Shown here in pieces: positions 41,538-51,759 of a stretch of DNA of 64,000 nucleotides. Each line of letters starts with the position of its first letter. Position 1 is the first letter of the stretch. The translations under genes were made by a program, and so were the position numbers. A model generated the notes under the pieces. The model was not told the DNA's origin. It did no database searches and was given only the letters and a program-made list of their open reading frames with translations. Origin of the DNA: an uncultured Gemmatimonadales bacterium (lineage in GTDB: Bacteria > Gemmatimonadota > Gemmatimonadetes > Gemmatimonadales > GWC2-71-9); NCBI GenBank assembly GCA_963821525.1, contig CAWGED010000019.1:480001-544000 (forward strand), in the 5' to 3' direction.

Positions 41538-42307
41538 GGAATCATCAGGTACTCGCCGTACCAGCGGATGATGGGCTGACCGAACAGGAAGGTGACCGCG
41601 GCACCCAAGGCGAGGAACACCCCGAAGGGCACCAGCCGCTTCTTTCCAATCACAGAGAGGGGGACGAAGATCAGGGTGCCCAGCAACGCACCGAGGAAGG
41701 TCGTTAGCAGGACGCCCTCCCAGCCGAGGAAGGCACCCACCATCGCCATCATCTTGATGTCCCCTCCTCCCATGGCGTCTTCCTTGAAAATCCGGGTACC
41801 GGCCGCGCCCACGGCCCAGAGCAGAGCGAATCCCACGACCGCTCCGACCACAGACTGAAGCACGGTGGGAAATCCGGGGGAGATGCTGAAGAGGAGACCC
41901 AGCCCCAGACCACCGAGGCTGAATTCATCGGGGATGATGTATTGCCTCGCATCGGTGAGGGCGATGCCGAGCAGAATGGTGAAGAACACGGCACCGCGAA
42001 GCGCCTGCCATTCGGGGGTGATGGTCGCCGCCATCCAGGCCCAGATGAAGGCGGTGCTGAGCTCAACCAGCGGATATTGAATGGAGACTCGGGCGCCGCA
42101 CCACCGGCAGCGGCCCTTGAGGAGAAACCAGGAGACCATCGGGATGTTGTCGTACCAGGCGATGGTGCGGCCGCAGTCGCCGCAGCGGGAGCGGGGCTTC
42201 ACCACCGAGAGGTCGTTCGGCCAGCGATAGATGCAGACGTTGAGGAAACTGCCGACCATGGCGCCCAGCACGCCCGCAACGATGACCACCAACCGTTCAT
42301 CGATCAC
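41534..42307 (-). CDS. pilD: Prepilin peptidase (A24)
   Basis: GSFLNVCIYR, SRCGDC...GRCRWC, YPLVE, MGGGDIK, PFGVFL; GTG start. Confidence 0.93.
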   Translation of the reverse strand: MIDERLVVIVAGVLGAMVGSFLNVCIYRWPNDLSVVKPRSRCGDCGRTIAWYDNIPMVSWFLLKGRCRWCGARVSIQYPLVELSTAFIWAWMAATITPEWQALRGAVFFTILLGIALTDARQYIIPDEFSLGGLGLGLLFSISPGFPTVLQSVVGAVVGFALLWAVGAAGTRIFKEDAMGGGDIKMMAMVGAFLGWEGVLLTTFLGALLGTLIFVPLSVIGKKRLVPFGVFLALGAAVTFLFGQPIIRWYGEYLMIP

Positions 42308-43073
42308 GCAACACCTCGTACAGAAGGATTCCCGCCGCAATCGCGACGTTCAGGGACTCGGCGTGCTCAGACAACGGAATGGCTAACCTGGTGGAGGCGA
42401 CCGCCTCCAATTCTTTCCGAATGCCGGCGCCCTCATTCCCTACGACGAGCGCCATCCCGGTGCCTCGGGCTCGACGATATTGGCCGACGTCGGTGCCCGC
42501 GGGATCGGAGAGCACGAGGATAGTGCCCGTCGCCTTGCACCACGCGAGAAACTCGGCGTCGCCCGTCATGAAGGAAGGGAACCGGAACAACGCTCCCATG
42601 CTCCCGCGCAGCACCTTCGAGTTGGCGAGATCCGCGGTGCCTTTGAGGGCGATCAATCCGGCGGCGCCCAACGCGAACGCGGTGCGGGCCATGGTGCCGA
42701 CGTTCCCCGGATCCTGGACTCCATCGAGAACCAGGATGACGCCTCCCGCGGCCGGCCGGAAAGTATCCAGAGACCAGTTCGGCGTCTCGATCACCGCGAC
42801 CACACCCTGGGGATGCTCGGTGTCCGCCAACTCGGCGAGAGCCGCGTCATCCACCGGGTCGAGGGCGACATGCCGTGCCCCAAGCGCAGCTTCAAGCGCG
42901 CGCCCGCGGGTGGTAGCTTGCAGCGCGGGAGACACCACGGCGCCCTTGATCACGATCCCGGCCGCCAGTGCCTCCTCCACCAGGCGCACCCCTTCGGCGA
43001 GTGCCAGTCCCTTTTCCTCCCGGCCTCGCCGCCGGTGCAGGTCCCGGATGGTCCTGATCAGAGCCTTCATCAA
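42297..43073 (-). CDS. TrmH/SpoU-family RNA methyltransferase
   Basis: [30 protein letters not shown]. Confidence 0.92.
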   Translation of the reverse strand: MMKALIRTIRDLHRRRGREEKGLALAEGVRLVEEALAAGIVIKGAVVSPALQATTRGRALEAALGARHVALDPVDDAALAELADTEHPQGVVAVIETPNWSLDTFRPAAGGVILVLDGVQDPGNVGTMARTAFALGAAGLIALKGTADLANSKVLRGSMGALFRFPSFMTGDAEFLAWCKATGTILVLSDPAGTDVGQYRRARGTGMALVVGNEGAGIRKELEAVASTRLAIPLSEHAESLNVAIAAGILLYEVLRDR

Positions 43074-43082
43074 GATCCTCGA

Positions 43083-43868
43083 ATGAAGATCGCGCTTACC
43101 ATCGCCGGATCAGACTCGGGCGGCGGCGCCGGCATCCAGGCCGACCTCAAGACCTTCAACCAGTTCAAGGTCTTCGGCACCAGCGTCATCACCGCGATCA
43201 CCGCGCAAAACACGAAGGGAGTGCGTGCGGTGCATCCGGTCCCTCCCGAGATCGTGCGGGCCCAACTCGAGGCGCTGGCCGAAGACCTGCCACCGGCCGG
43301 CTTCAAGACCGGCATGCTCGCCACGTCGGAATTGGTCCGCATGGTAGCGGACGCTGTCACCGAATTCGACTGGCCCAACTATGTCTGCGACCCGGTCATG
43401 GTCGCCACGTCGGGAGACCGGCTGCTCGATGCCGATGCCGAAGCGGTCATGCGGGAAAAGCTGGTCCCGCTCGCGGCGCTGGTGACGCCGAACCTGGACG
43501 AGGCCGCGATTCTCACCGGTACCGATCCGCGCGATCCCGAATCCATGGAGCAAGCCGGCCGTCGTCTGCTCGAGCTGGGCGCCGGCGCTGCGTTAGTGAA
43601 GGGCGGTCACCTGGTCGGAGATGAGGTAACCGACGTTCTGGTGACTGCGGGCGGAGTCCGCAACTATCGGCACCCTCGCATCCAGACCAGATCCACTCAC
43701 GGCACCGGTTGCACGCTTTCCGCCGCCATCACCGCTGGACTGGCCGCCGGTCGCGACGTCGAGTCGGCGGTTACCGCCGGGCTGGATTTCGTGTTCCGCG
43801 CGATGAAGTCGGCTCCAGCACTCGGATCCGGACGGGGACCGCTCGATCACACGGTCCGAGCCAGCTGA
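43083..43868 (+). CDS. thiD: Hydroxymethylpyrimidine/phosphomethylpyrimidine kinase
   Basis: [49 protein letters not shown]. Confidence 0.96.
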   Translation: MKIALTIAGSDSGGGAGIQADLKTFNQFKVFGTSVITAITAQNTKGVRAVHPVPPEIVRAQLEALAEDLPPAGFKTGMLATSELVRMVADAVTEFDWPNYVCDPVMVATSGDRLLDADAEAVMREKLVPLAALVTPNLDEAAILTGTDPRDPESMEQAGRRLLELGAGAALVKGGHLVGDEVTDVLVTAGGVRNYRHPRIQTRSTHGTGCTLSAAITAGLAAGRDVESAVTAGLDFVFRAMKSAPALGSGRGPLDHTVRAS

Positions 43869-43871
43869 AGG

Positions 43872-44696
43872 TCAGCCGGCCTGGAGCCGTGGCGCCAGTG
43901 TCTTGAGCAGTTGTCCCAGCGCGGCCGTCGCCCGCCCGGCAACGGCTAACACGTCGGCGTGAGTGAGCGGCGTCGTTTCCATCCCCGCCGCAAGATTGCT
44001 GATCAAAGAGAAGCCGAGGCAGCGCAGGCCGCTCGCCCGCGCGGCAACGATCTCTGGAACCGTTGACATTCCTACCGCGTCGGCGCCGAGACGTTCCAGC
44101 ATCCGGATTTCGGCCGCTGTTTCGTAGCTCGGCCCCAGCACGCCGGCGTAGACACCTTCCTGCAGGCCAATCCCCAGACTCTTCGCAGAATCCCGGGCGA
44201 GAAGTTTAAGCTCGGGATCGTAGGGGTCCGACATGTCGGGGAAGCGCTCTTCACCTGCAACGACCGGGCCCGCCAGCACGCTCCGAAAGCTCAAGTTGAT
44301 GTGGTCGCCGATCAGCATCAGGTCGCCCGGGCGAAAGGTTCGCCGGAGACCACCAGCGGCGTTGGTCAAAATGAGAGTCTTGACCCCGATGCGGGCGAAC
44401 GCGCGAACCAGGAGTACGCTCGCCGCAGGCTCCCCACCTTCGTAAAGGTGCACCCTACCACTTTGGCAGAGGACAGGAATCGAGTTGAGGGTCCCCGCCA
44501 CCACCTCTCCCGAGTGGCCCTGAACCTTCGCCTCGGGCATCCCGGGAATTTCACCGAAGGGCAGGCGTCGAACATTCTCCAGCAGGTCGGTGATGCCGGC
44601 CATGCCGGAGCCAAGAACGATGGCGACGCTCGGCCGCAGCTCGCCACTGAGTTGCCGCAATGCATCGGCGGCCTGCTCCAGCTCCGCTGAACTCAC
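43872..44696 (-). CDS. punA: Purine-nucleoside phosphorylase (trimeric type)
   Basis: VLGSG, GRVHLYEG, TNAAGG, GPSYET.AE, VGMSTVPE. Confidence 0.92.
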   Translation of the reverse strand: MSSAELEQAADALRQLSGELRPSVAIVLGSGMAGITDLLENVRRLPFGEIPGMPEAKVQGHSGEVVAGTLNSIPVLCQSGRVHLYEGGEPAASVLLVRAFARIGVKTLILTNAAGGLRRTFRPGDLMLIGDHINLSFRSVLAGPVVAGEERFPDMSDPYDPELKLLARDSAKSLGIGLQEGVYAGVLGPSYETAAEIRMLERLGADAVGMSTVPEIVAARASGLRCLGFSLISNLAAGMETTPLTHADVLAVAGRATAALGQLLKTLAPRLQAG

Positions 44697-45718
44697 TGCA
44701 AATCCTCGAGGCGATGACGGAAGTCAGTGACCAGCGCCTGGCGCCGGGCGAGCGGAAGGAATGCCGCCGCCGCTCCATTCAGGATCAGACGGTCGATGTC
44801 GGCGCGACGGAAACCCAGCTCAGTGTGGGCCCGCCAGTATTCGCCCGAGAGGGTGACCCCGCTTATCAGCCAGTTATCGGTCGAGAGCGTCACCGCGATG
44901 CCCGCCCGAAAGAATTTGCGTAATGGATGGGCGGCGTAGCTCGGTACCGCCCGAGTCTGCACGTTGCTGGTGAGACTCACTTCGAGGGAAATCTCCCGGT
45001 CCCGGACGTAGGCTAGAAGTGCCTGATCCTCTCCCAACCGGGTTCCGTGGCCGATCCGCTCCGCCCTGCATTCATACACCGCTTCGGCGATCGACTCGGC
45101 GCCCGCCGCCTCACCGGCGTGCACGGTGATGCCGAGTCCTCCCCGGGCAGCGATCTCGAATGCGGTGCGGTGAGGCGCCGCGGGTTGCCCTGCCTCACCG
45201 CCAGCGATATCGAAGCCCACGACGCCGTGCTCCCGCGCGGCAACGGCGGCTCGGGCGATCTCCTCCGAGACTGCCGGGTCGAGGTGCCGCAGCGTACACG
45301 CGATGAAGCCGGTGCTGATTCCCACATCCGCCTCGCCGCGACCGAGCCCGCGTCCGATCGCCGCGAGAACGTCCGGCATCGCGAGCCCACCGGTGCAGCT
45401 CAGGACCGGACAGTATCTCACCTCGAGATGGCGAACGCCGTCGGCACCGGCGTCCACCACCATCTCGTACGCCACCCGTTCCAGGGCCTCCGGCGTCTGC
45501 AGAACGGCAATCGTGAGCGCGAACCGTTCGAGGTACTCCGCGAGATCTCTCACTCCATCCGCCTTCATGAAGCGAGCGACCTCGACCGGATCCTTCGATG
45601 GGAGGTTCACCCTCGCGGACTGGGCCAGCTCGATCAGTGTTGCCGGACGCAGTGAACCATCGAGGTGGACGTGCAGCTCCGCCTTAGGCAGGCGGACCAA
45701 CAGCTCAGGCGAGAGCAT
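44693..45718 (-). CDS. add: Adenosine deaminase
   Basis: PKAELHVHLDGS, GFDIAG.E, TVHAGE, RIGHG, TSNVQT, STDN. Confidence 0.93.
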   Translation of the reverse strand: MLSPELLVRLPKAELHVHLDGSLRPATLIELAQSARVNLPSKDPVEVARFMKADGVRDLAEYLERFALTIAVLQTPEALERVAYEMVVDAGADGVRHLEVRYCPVLSCTGGLAMPDVLAAIGRGLGRGEADVGISTGFIACTLRHLDPAVSEEIARAAVAAREHGVVGFDIAGGEAGQPAAPHRTAFEIAARGGLGITVHAGEAAGAESIAEAVYECRAERIGHGTRLGEDQALLAYVRDREISLEVSLTSNVQTRAVPSYAAHPLRKFFRAGIAVTLSTDNWLISGVTLSGEYWRAHTELGFRRADIDRLILNGAAAAFLPLARRQALVTDFRHRLEDLQ

Positions 45719-45953
45719 CGTCGTCTGGAGAATCGCCGCGGCGACTGGAAACGATGATCCGGAGAATCGCGCCGTTGGTAAGCGTTTGGTCGAGAGGAAG
45801 GTCGAGCCCTCGGCCGTCGGTGACTTTGGCCTTCCCCGACTCCAGCGACTGGCTCAATTCCGGCTCGACCAGACGAATGGCCTCGGCCACCTGCGTCCCC
45901 GCGGGGAGATCAACCGCCCGCTGGTTCAGATAGACCCGGATCGTCTCCGGCAT
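45705..45953 (-). CDS. Small beta-grasp (ThiS/MoaD/TGS-like) protein
   Basis: MPETIRVYLN...LPAGTQVAEAI...LTNGAILRII; TGATG coupling to the upstream nucleotidase and overlap with add. Confidence 0.6.
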   Translation of the reverse strand: MPETIRVYLNQRAVDLPAGTQVAEAIRLVEPELSQSLESGKAKVTDGRGLDLPLDQTLTNGAILRIIVSSRRGDSPDDDALA

Positions 45954-48277
45954 CAGCGGGCAGGCAGGAGGCGGATGCTCTCCGGAGGAACGACCGGCTG
46001 GGGGAGACGGCGCAGATAGTCGCGCAGGGCGTCGGTGCCGGTAAGATCGCTCTCGGTCACCGGCCAGCGGCTGAGTAGCCCGCTGGCGGCGCAGCCCTTC
46101 CCGGATGCGCACTTGGTGCCGCCGAGTGTGAAGGATTCTCCCTCGACAAGGTGCCGGCTGATGACGACCTGATAGGTGACTTTGGCTTCGAGCTCGCGGC
46201 CACTGGAGAATCGCACCGACCTGACGCGCTGCAGGCTGGGCTTCGCCGGCGCGTAGGTGAGGGTGGCGCCCGAGATCTCACAACAGGGCGTTTCTCCCTC
46301 GACCAGATGCTCGAAGACCCACCGGAGGTCGTCGCCCCGAATGCTGAGTTTGAGCAACTGATCACCTCCCGGAACGGCTGCGCGGAGGTCCTGCTCCCCC
46401 ACGTCACCCGAGTTCAGATCCTGGGCACCTTCGGGCGCGGCTACGATGGCGAGGTCGGCGCGCAGGCTGCTGCGGTAGGCGTCGGCCATCAGCCGGAGCA
46501 GCGATCCTCCGGGGCCTGCGGATGCCGGCAGTTTCATTGTGGCAACCGTCTCATCCGGCGGAGCGAGGTAAAGCTCGGGCGTATCGTTCGCCGGTACCAC
46601 CGCAGGCAGCGCTACTGGAGCACTCGCCGTCGTCGGCGCGGGAGCGGGTTTCCCGGGTCTCACGAACAACGCCCGCGCAGCGAGGGCTGCGGAGTCGGGA
46701 ACCAGCTTCCACGATGAGCCGGCGAACGCTGCGGGATCCAGCTCCTTCCGGCGGCGAACTTCGTTGATCAGCAGGTCGCGGATTCGTTCACCCCGGTCGT
46801 ACACGACCGGAGCATCGCGAAGCATCGGGTAGTTCCCTTCCCCCGCCTGGCGGAGACTCCCGAGTGCCAAGGTAAAGCTGTCTGTCGGCTGCACCGGCTT
46901 GCCACGCACCGATAGTTCCGTGATCCGCGATCCGGCCGGTCGAGACAGGTCCACCGTGTACTCGGCGCCACCGATCACATCGTAGTTGGGCCCCGGTACA
47001 TAGGCGTTGGTAAAGACGGCGCCGGCCGAATCCACATACCAATAGCGCGCGCTCTGCTCCAGGTAGTTTCGAAGTCCCTCGCCTGAGATACGCACCGCGC
47101 GCAGCGTGTTTTCCGACGGGTAGATCCGGTAGACATCCCCGACGCTGATCTCCCCGGTGTCGAAGCCGGCGCGGATGTCGTAGATCGGCGTGGATGCCAG
47201 GTCCGCGCCCGCGGCGCGACGCTCGACCTCATTGATGAACCGGATGAGCGGGGTGTCCTCGACGCGTCCGGTCGCCGCCCGCATGAATCCAGTCGCTACA
47301 CCGATGGTCTGCGACATCCAGTTCGAAACTGCCGCCTGTTTTTCGGCGAGACGTTCCTCGACCCGGCGCGATGGAGCGACTCCGTCGAGCAACACCCGTC
47401 CCGCTCGAACGCTGGTCACCCGCCAAGTGCCACTGCGCCGACTCAGGAGTATGTGAACTACGGCGAGACTCTGCCCGAACGGCTTGGGCTGGACGAAATG
47501 CACACCTCCCCGGACCGAGTCCACCATCTCTCTATGAGAATGGCCGACGATCACGAGGTCCGGGCGCACCGGTCCTTCAGCCAGCCTCGCTGCAACATTC
47601 TCGGCGCCTATGCCCGTGGTGTCGTAGCTGCTGGACCCTTCCAGCCCGGTGTGGGCGAGCACTATGGCGAGGTCCGCGTCCTTCCGCATTTCACCCAAGG
47701 CGGTTCTCGCCTCTTCGGCGATCGGCGCCAGCCGCAACCGGCCATGCACCTGGTCCCGGTTCCAGACCATGACGCCGGTCGTGGTGAAGCCCGAGATCCC
47801 CACCCGGATGCCGTTCCGTTGCAGGACCACATAGGGACGGAGTTCCAGGGTGTCCTCGGGAAGGACCCGGATGTTCGCGCTGACAAAGGGGAAGGTCGCG
47901 GCCGAGAGCGCGCGATCGAGGAGCGGCACGCCGAAATCGAAATCGTGGTTTCCCACGGTGGCTGCGTCGTAGCCCACCTGGTTCATCGCGTCCACGATCG
48001 GATGCGGGTCTTGTGGCTCGACCCCACCGTAGTATGCCGCGAAGGGGGTGCCTTCCAGAGCATCGCCCGCATCGACGACTACGACCTGATCAGGATAGCG
48101 ATGGCGGAGAGAATCGATTGCCGTGGCGGCGCGGGCCAGGGCACCAGGGGCCGGTGCATGCCGGCCAAAGTCCCAAGCGACCGCCTGACCATGAAGGTCG
48201 GAAGTCGCCACCACCACAATGCGGGCGGTGTCAGGTGTCTGCAGGGCGAGTACCGCGAACGCGGCGAGAAACACCAT
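45953..48277 (-). CDS. Secreted 5'-nucleotidase / 2',3'-cyclic phosphodiesterase (CpdB-like) with duplicated C-terminal domain
   Basis: TSDLHG, DAGD, GNHDFD, AHTG, GHSH metallophosphoesterase motifs; two 5_nucleotid_C-like domains. Confidence 0.88.
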   Translation of the reverse strand: MVFLAAFAVLALQTPDTARIVVVATSDLHGQAVAWDFGRHAPAPGALARAATAIDSLRHRYPDQVVVVDAGDALEGTPFAAYYGGVEPQDPHPIVDAMNQVGYDAATVGNHDFDFGVPLLDRALSAATFPFVSANIRVLPEDTLELRPYVVLQRNGIRVGISGFTTTGVMVWNRDQVHGRLRLAPIAEEARTALGEMRKDADLAIVLAHTGLEGSSSYDTTGIGAENVAARLAEGPVRPDLVIVGHSHREMVDSVRGGVHFVQPKPFGQSLAVVHILLSRRSGTWRVTSVRAGRVLLDGVAPSRRVEERLAEKQAAVSNWMSQTIGVATGFMRAATGRVEDTPLIRFINEVERRAAGADLASTPIYDIRAGFDTGEISVGDVYRIYPSENTLRAVRISGEGLRNYLEQSARYWYVDSAGAVFTNAYVPGPNYDVIGGAEYTVDLSRPAGSRITELSVRGKPVQPTDSFTLALGSLRQAGEGNYPMLRDAPVVYDRGERIRDLLINEVRRRKELDPAAFAGSSWKLVPDSAALAARALFVRPGKPAPAPTTASAPVALPAVVPANDTPELYLAPPDETVATMKLPASAGPGGSLLRLMADAYRSSLRADLAIVAAPEGAQDLNSGDVGEQDLRAAVPGGDQLLKLSIRGDDLRWVFEHLVEGETPCCEISGATLTYAPAKPSLQRVRSVRFSSGRELEAKVTYQVVISRHLVEGESFTLGGTKCASGKGCAASGLLSRWPVTESDLTGTDALRDYLRRLPQPVVPPESIRLLPAR

Positions 48278-48372
48278 TACCTGAAATATCCCCGGTGGGG
48301 CATGGCGCACGCAACGTCAGGCGGCGCGACTTGCGCAGCGCGCCTGTCCTGTGTATTCGTTTTGCCGCATAT

Positions 48373-48744
48373 ATGGAGACCCCCCTGTCGCTGGCCGACC
48401 TCCTGGCGGCGCTGGCCGAGCCGACTCGGCTGCGCATTGTCAACTGTCTCGCCATCGCACCGCTCTTCGTGTCGGATCTCCAGGCCATTCTCGACATTCC
48501 CCAGCCAACCGTGTCCCGCCACCTCAAGGTGCTCCGCACCGCCGAGCTGGTGCGCGACACGCCGATTGCCCAGTTCGTGCTCTACCGGTTGCGCCGGCCT
48601 CCTGATGCTCATGGACGACTGCTCGCGGCCGCTCTCGATGCAGCCAATCTGGATCCCGCGCTCCGGGCCGAGCGTCAGCAGGCCTTGGAGCGGAGTCGCC
48701 GGACGACGCAGGCGCGTACCGAGTCAGGAGCTCGCACCGCATGA
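48373..48744 (+). CDS. ArsR/SmtB-family transcriptional regulator
   Basis: ALAEPTRLRIV, QPTVSRHLKVLR.AELV, YRL. Confidence 0.88.
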   Translation: METPLSLADLLAALAEPTRLRIVNCLAIAPLFVSDLQAILDIPQPTVSRHLKVLRTAELVRDTPIAQFVLYRLRRPPDAHGRLLAAALDAANLDPALRAERQQALERSRRTTQARTESGARTA

Positions 48745-49448
48745 CCAACCGCATCCTCGTGGTGGACGACGAGCCGGACATCACGGCGCTGGTCGCCTAC
48801 CATCTGGCGAAGGCCGGGTATCGAGTCTCAACCGCGGCGAACGGCCCCGACGCGCTGAAGGCGGCGCGGGAGGAACGACCCGACATCGTGGTTCTCGACG
48901 TGATGCTCCCGGGTGTCTCGGGATATGACGTCCTGGCCGAGATGCGACGGCGCGAGGAGACAAGGGACGTCGGGGTAATCCTGCTGACGGCACGGCGCGA
49001 GGAGGCGGACCGGATCCGCGGCCTGTCGCTGGGCGCCGACGATTATCTGACCAAGCCCTTCTCGCCGGCGGAACTCGCGCTGCGGGTGACGGCGCTGCTC
49101 CGGCGCCTCGGAGCGCCGGCGGTCACCAGCGGATCGACGCTCACCGCCGGTCCGATCGCCATCGATCGCTCAGCCCATCGGGTGGCGGTTGATACGAAGG
49201 ACATCGACCTCACTGCTACCGAGTACAAGCTGCTCCTGACCCTCGTCGAGCGGCGGGGCCGGGTGCAGACTCGACCGCAGCTGCTGGAAACGGTTTGGGA
49301 AGCCCAGCCCGACATCCAGACCCGCACGGTGGACATGCACGTGCAGCGGCTCCGGAGCAAACTGGGTGATGCGGGTGATCTGATCGAAACGGTCCGCGGG
49401 TTCGGCTATCGATTCCGCAGCAACGAAAAGGGAGTGAAGAAGATTTGA
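48741..49448 (+). CDS. phoB: OmpR-family response regulator, PhoB-like
   Basis: VVDDE, LDVMLP, GADDYLTKPFS, TRTVDMHVQRLRSKL, ETVRGFGY; upstream of the pst cluster. Confidence 0.85.
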   Translation: MTNRILVVDDEPDITALVAYHLAKAGYRVSTAANGPDALKAAREERPDIVVLDVMLPGVSGYDVLAEMRRREETRDVGVILLTARREEADRIRGLSLGADDYLTKPFSPAELALRVTALLRRLGAPAVTSGSTLTAGPIAIDRSAHRVAVDTKDIDLTATEYKLLLTLVERRGRVQTRPQLLETVWEAQPDIQTRTVDMHVQRLRSKLGDAGDLIETVRGFGYRFRSNEKGVKKI

Positions 49449-51200
49449 GGTTCGCCGGCCGCCTGGTACTGGGAACCATCCTGGTCGTGGTCTTCGTGGT
49501 GCTCACGATCGTGAGCGCTTCCGAGGTTTCGCTCCGGCGTGACCTCGAGGCGGACATTGCCACATCGCTGGAACGGGAGGCCCGGCTCGTTTCCAATGCG
49601 CTGCCGACCGATTCCACCGAATGGGAAGCGACGGTCAAGCGGCTCGGGGCGGAGAGCGGCCTTCGGATCACGCTCATTGACTCGGCCGGGCGGGTGCGGG
49701 CGGAGAGCGACGTCCCCGAGGAGAGGGTACCAGTCATCGAGAACCACGCGAATCGCCCAGAGGTGATCGCGGCCCTGCAGAACGGAGTCGGCAGCAACAA
49801 GCGCACGAGTGCCACAATCGGCGAGCCGCTGTTGTACGTCGCGGTGCGAGGTGGGCCGGGCATCGTCCGGGTTGCCGCCCGAATTCCCCAAGTCGATCGA
49901 GTGGTGAAACGAGCCCAGCACTCGGTGCTGGGTGCCGCGTTGCTGGCTCTGGTGATCGGATGCATCCTGGCCACGATTGCGGCGCGCTCCGTGGCGCGCC
50001 CGCTCACCCAGATCACCGGTGCCGCCCGCGCGATCGCGCAGGGCGCACCTCCGCGATTCCCCCGCTCCACCATCCCCGACGTCAACGCGCTGGTTCGCGC
50101 GCTCCGGGAGATGAACAACCAGTTCGGGGAACGGTACGAGGCGCTGAGAGTAGGGAAAGCCGAGAGCGTCGCGATCGTCGAAGCGATGGCGGAGGGAGTC
50201 ATCGCCGCCGACAACAAGGGCCACGTCGTCATCGCCAACGCCGCCGCGCGGCGACTGCTGGGATACGAGCCCGACGCCCAGCTGCCCGAGCTGGCCCAGT
50301 TGTTCCGCGCCAAGGCGGCGAGAGACGTGGTTTCGACAGTAATCGCCGGCATCACCAGCGGCGGGCGGGAGCTGGATCTGGGTGATTGCGTCGTGATGAT
50401 CAGCGGGCGTCCGCTGCCGGGAGGCGGGGCGCTGCTGGTGCTCCACGATGTCACCGAGATCAGGAGACTCGAAGCGGTGCGCCGGGATTTCGTGGCGAAT
50501 GTGTCCCACGAGCTCAAGACCCCGCTGACCTCGATTTCAGGCTACGCGGAGACGCTGGTAGGCGAGCAGCCGGATCCGGCGACGACCAAGCGTTTCCTCG
50601 AGGTGATCCTCGCCAACGCGCGGCGCATGCACCGTCTGGTGGACGGCCTGCTGGATCTCTCGAGGATCGAGTCGGGCGGGTGGCACCCGGTGATCGAGCC
50701 GCTGGACGCTCCCGAGCGTCGTGCGGGAGACCTGGGGACTCTTCGCCGAGCGGGCCGCGGCGCGGAATATCGGCTTCGTGCCGCGGTTCGATGGCCAGGC
50801 GGGAACGATTCAGGCCGATCCCGATGCCCTGCGCCAGATCCTGACCAATCTCTTCGACAATGCGCTGCGCTACACCCAGCCGGGCGGCCGCATCACGGTG
50901 ACGCTGGCGCCCGACGAAGGCGGAGTGCGGCTCTCGGTGAGCGATAACGGCTCGGGAATTACCCCGGAACATCTCCCGCGGATCTTCGAACGCTTCTACC
51001 GGGCCGATCCGGCGCGCTCGCGCGAGGAGGGCGGCACCGGTTTGGGTCTGGCGATTGTCAAGCATCTGGTCGAAGCACACGGCGGGAGTGTCGAGGCGGA
51101 AAGCCAATGGGGACAGGGGACTACGATCTCCTGTCGATTCCCTGCTCCGACAGAAATTAGATCGTCGCCCGATCGTGACTCGCTAATCGCGAGTATGTGA
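49445..51200 (+). CDS. phoR: Sensor histidine kinase, PhoR-like, apparent frameshift near 50715
   Basis: ENHANRPE, HAMP/PAS, DFVANVSHELKTPLT; NLFDNALRY, DNGSG, FERFYR, GTGLGL in the second frame. Confidence 0.88.
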
Positions 51201-51264
51201 CTCCCCGCCGCGTCATTTTAGTAACGATGACGCGAGGCGACATCTGCAGCAGCTGATAGATGGA

Positions 51265-51759
51265 ATGAACGCGCTGGACCGGACCTGGCTCCTGGCGCTC
51301 TGTGACCGTCAGGCTCCGCGCTGGCTCGATCGAACTCTTCGCCTTACCACCCACCTCGGCGGTTTCGCCGCCACGGCGCTCGTCAGTCTCGTTCTCCTGA
51401 TCATTCCCGGCACCCGGCAACTCGGAATCGCCATGACGGTGGCGAATGCCGCGTCCCACCTGATCGTGCAGGTCTTGAAGCGCAGCGTGGTGCGGCCCCG
51501 GCCCGACAACAGCGGAGTCCTGGCGCTCACGCTGAATCCCGACGCCTTCTCCTTCCCTTCCGGCCACGCCTGTGCCGCGATGACGCTCGCCGTCACAGCC
51601 ATCTGCGACAATCCGCTCTCAGGACTCCCCGCGCTGGGCCTGGCACTCCTGGTCGGCGCCTCGCGGGTCTACCTCAGGGTCCACTATGTGACCGACGTGG
51701 TGGTGGGCCAACTGGTCGGAGCGGCGACCGCCGCAGTGGTATCCCTCGCCCTCCTGTAG
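51265..51759 (+). CDS. PAP2-family phosphatase
   Basis: LKRSVVRPRP, SFPSGH, SRVYLRVHYVTDV. Confidence 0.92.
   Translation: MNALDRTWLLALCDRQAPRWLDRTLRLTTHLGGFAATALVSLVLLIIPGTRQLGIAMTVANAASHLIVQVLKRSVVRPRPDNSGVLALTLNPDAFSFPSGHACAAMTLAVTAICDNPLSGLPALGLALLVGASRVYLRVHYVTDVVVGQLVGAATAAVVSLALL

Noticed and set aside
42480..43082. Long N-terminal extension of ThiD (462-aa ORF)
   Set aside because: Antisense shadow of the methyltransferase gene; ThiD homology starts at 43083
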